DNA of 54,138 nt from a virus (lineage: Duplodnaviria; Caudoviricetes): positions 1-54,138 of the IMG/VR virus record IMGVR_UViG_3300034062_004821; one strand, given 5' to 3'. Position numbers and translations under genes: made by a program. Shown here piece after piece: positions 35,501 through 45,404 of this stretch (the first letter of the stretch is position 1; each line of letters opens with the position of its first letter). Below the pieces are notes generated by a model. It was not told the origin of the DNA, ran no database searches, and was given only the letters and a program-made list of their open reading frames with translations.

Positions 35501-38500
35501 GCCCGTACAGGCCAGCCGTCATCCCACGGTCTGTGTCGTCGATCGCTCCGTCATCGTTGAAGTCCTGCGGCATGGCATAGCCATAAGCTGCAGCGACCGC
35601 CCCTGTGGCAGCCTGCGCTCCTGCTCCACCTCCGGGGAAGGCAGAGAGGGTTGTGCGCGGACCTTTTGCGCCCTGAGAAGGAGGGCCTTTGATACGATCT
35701 ACCGGCGCTTGACTGGTCGGGGGTTGCGTTTCCAGTCCGCTTCCCTGGCCCGATCTTCCAGCATTTGATCCCACGCTTCCTGATCGTCTTCTGGCATCAA
35801 TTCTGGACTGTCCTTTGGCGACTGCGCCATCGATCCTGGCGCGGCTGATCCCAAGCTTCTCGGCGTGCTCAATGGCTGCGTTAAGGTAGTCGGGGGCCTC
35901 TTCATCGACATATCCCTTTGCAATCCTGGCGTCGTCAACGACCTTGGCGCTGTCATAAAGCAGCTTTTCCGGATACCACAGAAGCGCCTGCAAGTCAGCC
36001 ATGGTAAGGTCAGGATAGTCCTTTTTCAACATTTCCAGCGCGGTGGTCATAACCTCGCGAATCTGGCGGCGCTGAGCAGGGCCGGATGGCTGTTCAATCT
36101 GCCCATCCAGATACTTCCACAAACCGTTTCCATTCTTTCGCAGCTCGTCGCCAAGAGAAAGTCGCTGTTTCCCCTTGGGCGGCGCGCCAAGCAGTGCGTC
36201 AACTATTGGGCGACTGTTGTGACCCAATACGCCAATATCTGCCATGCGATCGCGCAAGGCAGGATCCTGTGACGCTTTCCGAATTGCGTAAGCCACGTCG
36301 TCAATCGCAGATACCGAAAGACGACGACCAATAATCGCTTCAAACTCCCTCTTGTCAGAGGGATCCATCATGTTGATCAGACCGGACAGATGATCGCGCT
36401 TGGCAATTATCATATCCTTGTTTTTTTCAATCAGTTTGCCTGTCCAGCGACCCCAGGTCCGCATGAACCATCTGTCTATCGTTAGCTGACCGAACTCTCC
36501 GTTCAGGTTCATCAAGAACCCGTTGCCGATTTTTGGCCCGAAGATTCCGGCTCCAAAGACTTCTTCATCGGCACGCTCGGCAATCTTGATGCCAGTCAGC
36601 TCTTCAATTTCTTTCACCGTGCGCTTGGTCGTGATGATATCGCGCAGTTTGTCGATGCCGTGCCTGTTCAGCAGCTCATTGAACAGATCAAGAGAGTCAT
36701 TAATGGCCTTTTGCGCCTCTCCAGCCTTGATGTTGGTTGGCATGCGTCCATTTCCTTTGAACGCCTTGTACGCCTGCTCGGCCAGCTCAAAGTTTTTACC
36801 GACTTTCTGACCGTTCGAAGTAATCGCGAGAGCAACGGTAAATGCAAAACGAGCGTTTACGTCAGTTGCCAGCTCAGGATGGACTTCCTCCATCACAGAC
36901 ATGGCCTTGGTAACCTTGTCATCGTACCAGCCAATGGCGTTCTTGTTGGTGCGAATTGCCTCAATGGCGTCGGCCAGCGCAACGCGAGCGATGTACTCTC
37001 GGGTTGCTTTTGTATCCTCCGAAAGGTCTACACGCGCAGCCCTAGATCTGGCGCGGAAACGCTCATCAAGGGCAACCTTCAGATCTCTGTTAGTGTTGAA
37101 AGGGCGCTCTGCAGCAAGTGATTGAGCCGCTTTAAGGTTTGTCACTTCATCAATGATGGCAGGAACGGGACGACCGGCTGGAAGCTGTCCGTCAAATGTC
37201 TTTCCTGACGCCACATCATCCATAAAGCTTTCGATTTGGGTGCGGGTTGTTTGCCTTTCCGCCGGAAACCTGCGGAAGAAAGCGTCCTGCTCAGCCTTGA
37301 ACAAGCGAACCCCTTTTTTCTCAAGGGCTTCAAGCATCTCACGCCCCTTCGCTCGCTCTGGAAGATCGTCAATCAACGAGGAGGCCCGCGCTCCCACGCT
37401 ATTGCGAATGTTGGCCGCTTCCTGGCGACGAGCGCCGCCCAGCCCCATCGTGCGGGGACCCATGCGCGGCCCTGCAGGCGGAGGACCTTTGCGCCCCATG
37501 CCGGGCATAAGGCGACTGGCGGCAGCGCCACCAATGCCGCCGGAGATCATGCCGCCCATGACAGACGCAGCACGCTCATTAGCGCTGATCTGGCCATCAC
37601 CATCGGAATCATAGGGCGCGACAGCGCCTGCAGTGCCGCCAGCAACTGTTCCTGTAGCAACAGGGCTTCTGCCCATGCCGGAAAGGATGTTGGGGCTTCT
37701 GGAAGCGCCTGGGCCGAAAGCGGCGTTGACGGAGCGGATGTTGGAGGGGTCGAAGATAACAACTTCACTATCAGTTTCAATGCCCGCGTAACCACGCTTC
37801 TTGAGAATTGGGGTTACTCGTGCGTTTATGACATCGCTAGTAACATCATCCGCAACTTTTGCGCTCTCTTGTTCCCAAATCTTAGACCATTCATCTTCGC
37901 TCGCGATGCGTCCACGCACATAAACAGGCATCACGTTTGCGCCTTGGCCGCGCGCATATTCTGATGCGAGGTTAGGGCTTTTTGCGAAGTAAACGCCAGG
38001 ACCTAGAGATCCGTCTTTTGTGATTTCAAATTCATCAATCTTTTTCGTTGTCCCATGATACAGCGGCGTCTTGACATCAAACCCCATCTTCTGCGCACGG
38101 GCCATGCGTCCTTCCTGCGACATGTCCAGGCCCTTCTCGCGGGCGCGCACCCATTCCTGCGCTTCGCCGATGTCACGGCCTGCATAGCCCTGTGACTGAG
38201 CCTGCTGAACTGCACGAGCGCCGGCAGGAGACGATCGACCGCCAAAGCCCATGGTGTCGGGAGCGCGGTCGGCCTCATACCTGTCTACTTGCCTGAGGTA
38301 GTCCTGGTACGCATCCCACTCTTCGCGAGCGCCTATGCGGTAGCTGGGATCGCCGCGAAACTCTTCGTCAATCAGACGCATTAGTGTGTTGGCGTCTTCC
38401 GGATCGACATCAAATCCTTCCGAGTAAGCCCTGCGTGCAAGCAGATCCAGCGCTGTGCCGGACTTGTTGTTCAGGAGACCGGGATATGCATTGGCGCGCC

Positions 38501-41500
38501 CCATGATGGCTTTGAGATCGCCAGTCATGTAGTTCGTGTCCTTGATGCCTCCCTGAGAGCGGATCCAAGCCAGCAACGATTGCGGCTTCTTGGGACGCGG
38601 ACCCGTCCATTCCGGAACCTCAGGCGCTCCCTGAGCAGGGAATGGAATGTCCCCAACATCACGGGCCTGCGGGGCGGCGACATCATCCGCCATGCCGGCT
38701 GTATCGACGAAGTCATCCGCAGCAGACGCTGTGGCGCCTCCGGACGCAGATGAGGGAGGCGGGCCTCCGGATGTGCCGGGGCCAGCAGACGGGCCTCCAG
38801 ATCTACGCGGAGGGGGTCCACGCCGGGAAGGACGCGGAGGACCGCCACGGCGACCACGAGGGGGGAATATCCGCGCCAGGTTCTCCGGCGTTGCGCCTTC
38901 CAGAAGCATCTGCCCCATGAGATCGCGCTGGGCTTCTGAATATGCTCCAGCCTTAGACAACCATGAAAGCCCGGCTTCAGTGGGATTGCGCAATGCCCGA
39001 ATTGCAGCGACTGCGTCTGCAGCAAAGCCGCCACCTCCCATCAAGGCCTGTCCCGTTACAGACCCCACATTTGGATTAATGCGGCCAGCATTCTGCATAA
39101 TTGCAGCATCGGCTTTGAAACGCGCCTGCATCGCGTCAGCTGCTTCCTGCCCGAAGACAGCTGCAAGCTTCTTATTGGCGGATGAACTGGAAAGGGCCTG
39201 AACAGCGCCGCGTGTGTTCTGCGCCTTAGCCACCATTGACCTAATCACGCCAGCCTGGAGCGCTGTCAGTGGACGATCTGTGATGCCAGTAACGATGCGC
39301 GTCACATCTTCAAGAATATACCTGCCTTCGAGAAGACGCTGACCTTTCTCAAAATCCGCCTTCATTATTGGCGCTTCGCCGCCGGCTTTGCGGGCCGCTG
39401 CGTATTCCGGCATAAGCTGGTCCAGCTCTCTCACAAAGGCCGAGCGCGCCTCTTCTATCTGCCGGATCTGAAGGTCATCCATCGATGCGCCGGGGCGCGC
39501 AATGAGCTTTTGCTCCGCCGCATCCATGTTGCGCTTGATGAGATCCATGATCTCGAAGTCTGTCAGCTGACGGCCTGTGGTCTGCCTCACTGTGGTGGCG
39601 TAGGCGTTCGCAGCCTCGACATGCGGACGCATAACATCCATGTCCAAAAGTACACGCAGACGCGGGCTGTCCAGCTCAGGATAGTTAGCTCTCAGCGCGT
39701 TATACGCCGGGGCTGCCTGCTCCCGGGCGGCTTGGATCATCTCATCAATGTTACCCGTAATCGTGCCCGGGTTCAGGTTGGGGTTTGCAGACGCTATATC
39801 GCGCTCAAGTCGGCCCTTTTGAGCGTCCCCGAGTTCTTCGTATCTTATTCTTGCCTTTCCGGGCGTTTCTCCTGGAAGTCGTGACAAGCCCGCCGCTTTG
39901 TTAATTCCCTCCTGAGTTAGGTCAGCTATCGTTGAGGGTTTGTCCCCGAAACGCATAGCCATAGCCGCAGCAGCCTCGTCAGCATTTGTTATGCCGACGT
40001 TACGAAGATCTCGCCGTATAGCTCCCGCTACAATTCGTTCATCATAACCACGTGGATTAAATGGACGCCCTACTGTCCGAGCAACCTGGCCGGCAAATCG
40101 ACGCCCAATGCGAGGGATAGCCATACCAATGGCTCCGCCAACGCCTGCTCCCACAGCTGGATTGCCTTCAGGATCTGTCTCGTTTTCATCAGCAGCGTTT
40201 GCTTCGCCAACTCCACCAAGATAGGCGCCAGCGCCTCCGCCAAAGATTGTATCAGCGTTTCTGGATATAAAACCACGACGCGGAGGAAGGGGTTCTGGCG
40301 CCGCACTGAACGGTGCTGGCGCAGCCCGAGCAGAAGCCGGATCAGAGGCTGCCCCTCCGCGCGGCATTTCAGGCTCGGGAACTGGCTCCTCAACAGGCTG
40401 CGGCTCCTCCTGCCGGCCAGCAGGCGAAGGACCGGGTTCTGGCCTTGGCGGCGGGCTGAACCGTCCTGCCCTGATCGATGCGACGATCTCGTCAGCAGAC
40501 ATGCCAGCGTCCTGCAAGCCCTGCACAATGGCGCGCCGCTGTTCCTCAGACATCGCGTTGTAGGCTTCGCGAGGATTGCGCGGAGGCGGAGCTGAGGGCT
40601 GCGGACGAACGCGAGCCCCGCCTGCGTTTGTTGGAGTAAGGGAAGGATTGATGGCTCTGTTGACAGCCTGAGCGCCACGAACAGCTGCCTGAGGAGCCAG
40701 AAATGGTCCGCTTAGCGTCAGATCTTCAAGAGCATTCTTCAGTCGTCCTACAAATTGCGAGTCTTCAGGCTGAGTCTTTAGAAATGCCGCATAATCCCGA
40801 AGAGGACCCTCTGGGATGGCACTCAGATCCAGCATGTCGGCAACGCGACCAGTCGATCCGTCAAAACCCAAGCCGACAGCGGCTGCATCTTTGCCAAACT
40901 GCGCGCCTAAACCTCCTCCAGGGGCCATCTTTCCAATAGCGCCGCGAGCAAAAAGGAATTGCGCAAGACCTTGCGTAAGAGCTCCAGTTCCTGACTCCAG
41001 TTCCTGAGGAAGAGGAATCTTGTAGGTATCAATTCGCGGAATGACATCTTGGCCGCGAAAGTGATTGTACGCATCAATTGGAAAGTTAGCCGTTGCCTCA
41101 AGCGCCATTGACGCCGCATTGGCTATGTTGATTGGCGCGGCTGTTATGCCTTTTCCAATATCGCGATCGACAGATGTTCCAGTTTGCAGAAGACCCCGAT
41201 CGTCCTGGGTAACGGCCATATCCATCAAGGCGCCATAGCCGCGCGAAGCTTCACGCAACTCTGCGGCATCGCGCTCCTGACGCTGTTTGATAGCCTGCTC
41301 TCTTACAGAGATTGCGGGATTTGCTGTCCATGCGTCTCCAAAACGAATGTTCCCTTGCGCAAGATTTCTGGCCGCATCCACATCCTGCCGGCGTGTCTGA
41401 TCAAAGGCGCTTACACGCGCCATGCGATCAGCTTCCTGCTGCTGGCGCTCCGGTGTCAGACGGTTGAAATCAGCGTCCGACATGAACGGTCTATTGTCTG

Positions 41501-42080
41501 CGGAAGGCAGCTGATCGCGCGATACGATCCGTTCAATGGCGGGGTCGCCCATGTCCAGAAGGTTCTGAACATCACCAGAGTAAAGCTGGGTTCCGGAGCG
41601 AGCCAGCTCATCAGTCAGGAGCTTTTCCTTGCGGATTCGATCAAGCTGGGGATCGACCGCCTCAGGTCCCTTCCACGCAGGATCGCTTCCTGCAGGCTTG
41701 ATGTCAGAAAATGCCTGAGCCAGAGCGACGTTTCGTGTCTGCGCATTCAGTCGATCAGCTGCACTTGCTCCTGGCTGCGCGCCACGCTGGGCAGAAGCAA
41801 GTTGATCAGGACGCCAGCCGGAAAGTGCCGCCGGAGGGCCCTTTACAGGCCTCGGAGCGGGTGGCGCAACAGACTTTGGTGGTGTGTACAGGCCATCAAA
41901 CGAAGCCCCGTCATCGCCCCATGGCATCCTGCTTGCCTGCTTTCTGCGAGCCTGCTCAGCTTGCAGCTGTTGAAGCGTCAAACCCTGCGCTTGCGGCTGG
42001 GCAGGTGATGCAGGCATGCCAGCTTCACGCGCACGGCGGCGCCTCTCGCGCTCGGCGAGCAGTTCTTCTCTTGTTGGCAT
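32538..42080 (-). CDS. Giant polyvalent internal virion/DNA-ejection protein (3180 aa)
   Basis: Last gene of the ejection cluster; ART-like LYHGT..GVYF..FDPSNIRS, LPD23-like TGW..DGKWRFEIDD, HENQH, PG-binding LQRRL..VDGI. Confidence 0.9.
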   Translation of the reverse strand: MPTREELLAERERRRRAREAGMPASPAQPQAQGLTLQQLQAEQARRKQASRMPWGDDGASFDGLYTPPKSVAPPAPRPVKGPPAALSGWRPDQLASAQRGAQPGASAADRLNAQTRNVALAQAFSDIKPAGSDPAWKGPEAVDPQLDRIRKEKLLTDELARSGTQLYSGDVQNLLDMGDPAIERIVSRDQLPSADNRPFMSDADFNRLTPERQQQEADRMARVSAFDQTRRQDVDAARNLAQGNIRFGDAWTANPAISVREQAIKQRQERDAAELREASRGYGALMDMAVTQDDRGLLQTGTSVDRDIGKGITAAPINIANAASMALEATANFPIDAYNHFRGQDVIPRIDTYKIPLPQELESGTGALTQGLAQFLFARGAIGKMAPGGGLGAQFGKDAAAVGLGFDGSTGRVADMLDLSAIPEGPLRDYAAFLKTQPEDSQFVGRLKNALEDLTLSGPFLAPQAAVRGAQAVNRAINPSLTPTNAGGARVRPQPSAPPPRNPREAYNAMSEEQRRAIVQGLQDAGMSADEIVASIRAGRFSPPPRPEPGPSPAGRQEEPQPVEEPVPEPEMPRGGAASDPASARAAPAPFSAAPEPLPPRRGFISRNADTIFGGGAGAYLGGVGEANAADENETDPEGNPAVGAGVGGAIGMAIPRIGRRFAGQVARTVGRPFNPRGYDERIVAGAIRRDLRNVGITNADEAAAAMAMRFGDKPSTIADLTQEGINKAAGLSRLPGETPGKARIRYEELGDAQKGRLERDIASANPNLNPGTITGNIDEMIQAAREQAAPAYNALRANYPELDSPRLRVLLDMDVMRPHVEAANAYATTVRQTTGRQLTDFEIMDLIKRNMDAAEQKLIARPGASMDDLQIRQIEEARSAFVRELDQLMPEYAAARKAGGEAPIMKADFEKGQRLLEGRYILEDVTRIVTGITDRPLTALQAGVIRSMVAKAQNTRGAVQALSSSSANKKLAAVFGQEAADAMQARFKADAAIMQNAGRINPNVGSVTGQALMGGGGFAADAVAAIRALRNPTEAGLSWLSKAGAYSEAQRDLMGQMLLEGATPENLARIFPPRGRRGGPPRPSRRGPPPRRSGGPSAGPGTSGGPPPSSASGGATASAADDFVDTAGMADDVAAPQARDVGDIPFPAQGAPEVPEWTGPRPKKPQSLLAWIRSQGGIKDTNYMTGDLKAIMGRANAYPGLLNNKSGTALDLLARRAYSEGFDVDPEDANTLMRLIDEEFRGDPSYRIGAREEWDAYQDYLRQVDRYEADRAPDTMGFGGRSSPAGARAVQQAQSQGYAGRDIGEAQEWVRAREKGLDMSQEGRMARAQKMGFDVKTPLYHGTTKKIDEFEITKDGSLGPGVYFAKSPNLASEYARGQGANVMPVYVRGRIASEDEWSKIWEQESAKVADDVTSDVINARVTPILKKRGYAGIETDSEVVIFDPSNIRSVNAAFGPGASRSPNILSGMGRSPVATGTVAGGTAGAVAPYDSDGDGQISANERAASVMGGMISGGIGGAAASRLMPGMGRKGPPPAGPRMGPRTMGLGGARRQEAANIRNSVGARASSLIDDLPERAKGREMLEALEKKGVRLFKAEQDAFFRRFPAERQTTRTQIESFMDDVASGKTFDGQLPAGRPVPAIIDEVTNLKAAQSLAAERPFNTNRDLKVALDERFRARSRAARVDLSEDTKATREYIARVALADAIEAIRTNKNAIGWYDDKVTKAMSVMEEVHPELATDVNARFAFTVALAITSNGQKVGKNFELAEQAYKAFKGNGRMPTNIKAGEAQKAINDSLDLFNELLNRHGIDKLRDIITTKRTVKEIEELTGIKIAERADEEVFGAGIFGPKIGNGFLMNLNGEFGQLTIDRWFMRTWGRWTGKLIEKNKDMIIAKRDHLSGLINMMDPSDKREFEAIIGRRLSVSAIDDVAYAIRKASQDPALRDRMADIGVLGHNSRPIVDALLGAPPKGKQRLSLGDELRKNGNGLWKYLDGQIEQPSGPAQRRQIREVMTTALEMLKKDYPDLTMADLQALLWYPEKLLYDSAKVVDDARIAKGYVDEEAPDYLNAAIEHAEKLGISRARIDGAVAKGQSRIDARRRSGSVGSNAGRSGQGSGLETQPPTSQAPVDRIKGPPSQGAKGPRTTLSAFPGGGAGAQAATGAVAAAYGYAMPQDFNDDGAIDDTDRGMTAGLYGLGGLTAAGLARARNASGRGAVPDGATTRTFGGENAKTADKRLLGIAKQMEKAGGGRDQIWRETGWGRSRDGKWRFEIDDSKSGFRLDRMPEEGRTTSLGNVLEHEDAYAAYPTSRDIQVVEDPNTGRSGAFYPGADMISLRSRGFGAGGVKSTALHENQHAIQELEGFAAGGSPSSAYMSDELRPEWMRQVDRQLTPPTYEQFAANPTFAGVPKSEVRRQYNGMVKDIREARKDPYHPLSRAAQESAARDIYRRLAGEVEARNVQIRRNMTPYERRANPPWTTQDVPDDQQIVRMIGGPQESSLGPPKSSAMATQEPVQPPPVKGPPTASRLDDSSEIGQSERMLKLADVEKLIASAEGPLFIRWSNGPKFDMRAGAKSKDYQTGLLHDGLSAVELKRGWSRSYLARRLGEYNSPFVKSGKNFEGHIYEGKVVGKDSDGYPSIRPVRHVGTLDPDFSKALADRDVIQAAESLSAISSSRARLDALLGKSEITSDERVAVGVFERSIAREEEVLAKLPPDVVSLAKQMLESSAAPALKSGGGSLPPIASGPGGPPPPAQRLGKGPKGPPGSSSIGRMIGGGAIGGALGAMAGEAEADSSSEIEQQLQAEMAKIAQLNKEIEGLMADQNFFRTADNKELQRRLAREGFNLGPTGVDGILSLSSGRETLSGKAIREFKANIEERLNAANERLNKAEGQVKVLMERDALQRNRPNFFIEAAREYGPTMAGVLAGFGLKYMRGSAAKASVAGAKAASQKLNRLITPISKEEVTGMLNRADESRPANLNQLWQKGGAKKDELPFLQDSVGKWKPNPNARPADELFQDDNLWKQLTRYVKGKDLAWILGSGGEAAVMQPFIDKANKDLVEAERAWKDNPSDETYKRVEDAKNAVANYTLLQRLGMGVAGGRIIGSLGAAYAKPQPNIVAAATEQAALKQYIASTKPPPKPRGPRKPKAPPPVESQKVQGFGLQALLDYFKSGSRKSKSPPPPVP

Positions 42081-42083
42081 GTG

Positions 42084-43787
42084 TCAGTTCCCCGAGCTGG
42101 CGCCAAGCGCTGCTGCAAGTTCTTCGTCAGTCCATTGGTCCAACGGTTTGTTGTTGGATGGAGGCGTCAGAGGTCCGCGAAGCGACCTTTCATAAGCTTT
42201 TTCCTTGTTCCTCTGGAAAATATCTTTCATTTCCAGCGCAACACGACGAGCCTCTTCGGCGCTGATTTCAGGATTTGCCAATTGCGAGACTGACGCAGAC
42301 AGACGCTCCGCATCCTTGTTTGACAGAGGAGCGAGAGAAGCTTTCAAATTATTGACAGCGCTCAGGAAGAACTTGGCGTCCAGCTTGTCGCGAATAGCTT
42401 CTGTATTTTTGCGATTTGACCCAGGAACAAAGCCGAGAGGATTGAGACGGCCCAAGCCGTAGGCATCGTTAAATCCAGGAGACAAAAGAAGCTCGTCGAT
42501 AGCCGCAATGGCCTCGTCAGATGTCGCGACAACATTCGCATAATTGGAAATAGCGTCTGATTGAGCTATTCCTGCCTGCTTACCGGCTTCAACTTTTGCT
42601 GCGTTTACACCGACAACATCGGGATCAACCACTGGCATCATCGTACCAGCTTGTCTGTCAAAGAAGTACGGGACCCCTCCGACATCCCCAACCTGATAGG
42701 GATTTCTCACGCTGAAACCGAGATCGCCTGTAGTCCCATCGCTGAAGACACCTATTGCCCGTCCGCTGCTGTCAATTTGCGTGCTGCTAAGACGCCGACC
42801 ACCAACTGCATCCTGCCCTTCGGGTGATCCGAAAAGACCATCAACCTTGCTGGCTTTGCCGCTGTATGGATCAATCATCCATACTTGGCCGTCTTTATCC
42901 GTAAACGTCTCTTTCTTGCTTTGGCTATCTGGCTTCAGACTATTGGTAAGCCACGTCTCAAAATATGCGGGGTCTACATCGTAAAGGCGCGCCGCCTCCT
43001 CCCCGTACTGAGATCGTATAATGTCGAGGTTCGCTGATTTCTCCGCCGTATCTCTAGCCAGGTCCGACTGCGCTTGAACACGGTCAACACTGGCTTGACG
43101 CCCTTCTGGGCTCATAAATAGCCATCCAAGGCTTGGGACATCTGCCTTGTTAGGATCGTATCCAATGAGGTTCTCAAAGAAATTAGGCTGCGCGTTTTCC
43201 ATATTGTTGCGCGCGGCAAAGCTTCCGGAATTGCCAAAAGCTCCAAGCTGTTGAGGAGCCGCTGCAGACGAAGGCTGACGCTGGGCGCCGCCCATGCTGG
43301 CGGCGGCAGCCATCATCGAACCCTTGACCTGGGCCGGTTCTTTGTAAGGCTCAGGCTTCATCCCAAGAGTGTTCCGCATTGTAAGCAGACTGCCGCCTGC
43401 TCCAAAATCAGGAACGCTAGCGCCAAGATCAGCCAGTTCTGAGCGGTTCATCTGTGCAGAAGGCGCTGAAGCTGGGCCGCGCCCCATCATGCCCGTCGTA
43501 GGAAGTGACGGCATTGGCATACGTCCGAAAAAGCCTGGCCCCTTCGGCTGAGACATGGACGCCGCGCTGGGGAGTATGGGAGCCGCATCTTCCGGTGGCG
43601 CCGGCATTGATTGGTAATTTCTATCCTGCTCCGCCAGCTTTGCGCGCATAGCTGCTGCGCCCGGTGTGTTGCCCAGCTCCGGCATCACGGGATCAAGATC
43701 GCGCGATGATATGGACGGATTTCTGCTGGCATACCGACGGACAACGTCAGGGGCGTAGGCAAAATTGCCCATCATTCCGAGGCGCAT
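42084..43787 (-). CDS. Internal virion/DNA-transfer protein
   Basis: Low-complexity N-terminus, helical C-terminus LSNKDAERL; position in the ejection cluster. Confidence 0.7.
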   Translation of the reverse strand: MRLGMMGNFAYAPDVVRRYASRNPSISSRDLDPVMPELGNTPGAAAMRAKLAEQDRNYQSMPAPPEDAAPILPSAASMSQPKGPGFFGRMPMPSLPTTGMMGRGPASAPSAQMNRSELADLGASVPDFGAGGSLLTMRNTLGMKPEPYKEPAQVKGSMMAAAASMGGAQRQPSSAAAPQQLGAFGNSGSFAARNNMENAQPNFFENLIGYDPNKADVPSLGWLFMSPEGRQASVDRVQAQSDLARDTAEKSANLDIIRSQYGEEAARLYDVDPAYFETWLTNSLKPDSQSKKETFTDKDGQVWMIDPYSGKASKVDGLFGSPEGQDAVGGRRLSSTQIDSSGRAIGVFSDGTTGDLGFSVRNPYQVGDVGGVPYFFDRQAGTMMPVVDPDVVGVNAAKVEAGKQAGIAQSDAISNYANVVATSDEAIAAIDELLLSPGFNDAYGLGRLNPLGFVPGSNRKNTEAIRDKLDAKFFLSAVNNLKASLAPLSNKDAERLSASVSQLANPEISAEEARRVALEMKDIFQRNKEKAYERSLRGPLTPPSNNKPLDQWTDEELAAALGASSGN

Positions 43788-43905
43788 GGCGAGGGTCCCT
43801 TGTGGGAGGTGGTCAAAAGAAAATGCCAGCGCGCCACGAATGACGGCTGGGATTTAAAGCCAATGGTTTTGACAGAGCAATTAACGGCAGTCGTCAAAAG
43901 TCCTA

Positions 43906-45030
43906 TTAACCGAACGGTTTCCAGCCCTCAAAACCGAAATTCGTGCCGCTCTGATTGCGCGTACCCGTGCCTGAGCTGGTCTGCGTCTGCATCATCGGTG
44001 TTGATCCGAGGATGCCCTGACGGACCTGCAGCTCAAGCATGAACTTGTTCAGCCTGTCTGCAGCCTCACGGTCAAACTCAGCACGATCGGCAAGCAGTCT
44101 TGCCTGCTCAATCTCACGCTCCGTCGCTCCGAACTGCTCCAGCAACTGAGCCTGCTGGGCCATCTGCGCGGCCTTCTGCTGCGACAGGTTGCCGAGGAGG
44201 CCGGCCTCCTGAAACTTGCGCTGGGAGGCAAACTGGGCAGCTGCATCGCGTCTTTGAGCATCAGCCATGCGGGCATTGTAGCCGGACTGCGAGTTGTAAA
44301 GGTCAGCAGCGCCGCGAGCATTGGCGTTGTAGACGTTTGCCCCATAACCAGCCTGCGAATTGTACTGGTCAGCAGCCATGAGGTTGCCAGACTCACGCTC
44401 GTCTGCCGCCATGGCGTCATTGTATCCGCGATAAAGCAGATCCGCATTCATGCTCGCAGTGTCCATGGCAGCCTTCCTGCGTATTTCCGCATCGGCTATC
44501 CCATGACGCGATCCGCCATATGCGCCCGCAGCTGTCGCCCTCGCCTGGTTGTCCGTGATCTGACGGTCCCTGGCCTCATTGGCATACTGCTCAGCTGCAT
44601 TAACGACATTGCTTATGAAGGGGTTCTGCCTCTGCTTGATCCGTTCAGCGTCGAACTGACGATATGAAATGCGCTCCGGGGCAGCCACCTGCTGAGCCGT
44701 GATTTCAGAGGGACCCATGACAGCCTCAGGCGTCCATGTCGCCGCACCGCCAGCCTTGGCGGCGGCAGCCGCGTCATCCAGAAGCCCGCCGCCGGCGCCC
44801 ATGTCCCTGTAAACCATATCCCGAGCCATCTGCTGGCCGGCGCCGAGACCAGCAACCATGGGCTTGGTGTATGGCATGAACTCTCGCCCTGCGAAGTCCT
44901 GCGTCATCCCGAGAATCCCGCCCGTCTGCTTTTCCCACTGGTCACGGGACCAGTCGGTCAGGGCCTGCGTCTGGGTCTGATTGGTTGTCTCGGTCGCCTT
45001 GGACTTGGTCTTGCCGCCAGAGAGGGACAT
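43906..45030 (-). CDS. DNA-transfer (pilot) protein
   Basis: SGGKTK N-terminus, QNPFISNV, AGAYGGSRHGIA; Gln/Ala-rich. Confidence 0.75.
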   Translation of the reverse strand: MSLSGGKTKSKATETTNQTQTQALTDWSRDQWEKQTGGILGMTQDFAGREFMPYTKPMVAGLGAGQQMARDMVYRDMGAGGGLLDDAAAAAKAGGAATWTPEAVMGPSEITAQQVAAPERISYRQFDAERIKQRQNPFISNVVNAAEQYANEARDRQITDNQARATAAGAYGGSRHGIADAEIRRKAAMDTASMNADLLYRGYNDAMAADERESGNLMAADQYNSQAGYGANVYNANARGAADLYNSQSGYNARMADAQRRDAAAQFASQRKFQEAGLLGNLSQQKAAQMAQQAQLLEQFGATEREIEQARLLADRAEFDREAADRLNKFMLELQVRQGILGSTPMMQTQTSSGTGTRNQSGTNFGFEGWKPFG

Positions 45031-45031
45031 G

Positions 45032-45391
45032 TCAGATCTCCTTCAAAACGTGTGGCTGATAGCCAATCGGCTGCAGAACCCGGGACCAGCCTTCCCGACC
45101 GCCAGCAATGACAACATCACAACCCAGGCGCTTGGCCTCGGCCTCGCAACCAGCCGACATCCTCGCAAGCTCCCTGGCATTGCCGCCAGCTGCCCATATC
45201 CACATGGCGCGCATCGGACGAACGTAGGTGACAGCTGCAGACTGCTCTCCGGTCCACAACATTGCACGACCGCTGGCGACCTCGGCAGTTATGTCATCAA
45301 ATGTAAAACCTTCCGGCGATCGCGCCAGAGCGGCTTCAATGAGGATGCGATGATGGGGGGTCATCAGTTTACCCACCTCCACAGACGTCAT
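45032..45391 (-). CDS. GNAT-like podovirus protein (T7 gp13-like position)
   Basis: IWAAGG..EAEAKRLGC..GREGWSRVL. Confidence 0.65.
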   Translation of the reverse strand: MTSVEVGKLMTPHHRILIEAALARSPEGFTFDDITAEVASGRAMLWTGEQSAAVTYVRPMRAMWIWAAGGNARELARMSAGCEAEAKRLGCDVVIAGGREGWSRVLQPIGYQPHVLKEI

Positions 45392-45404
45392 GCTGCATGA
45401 CCTC

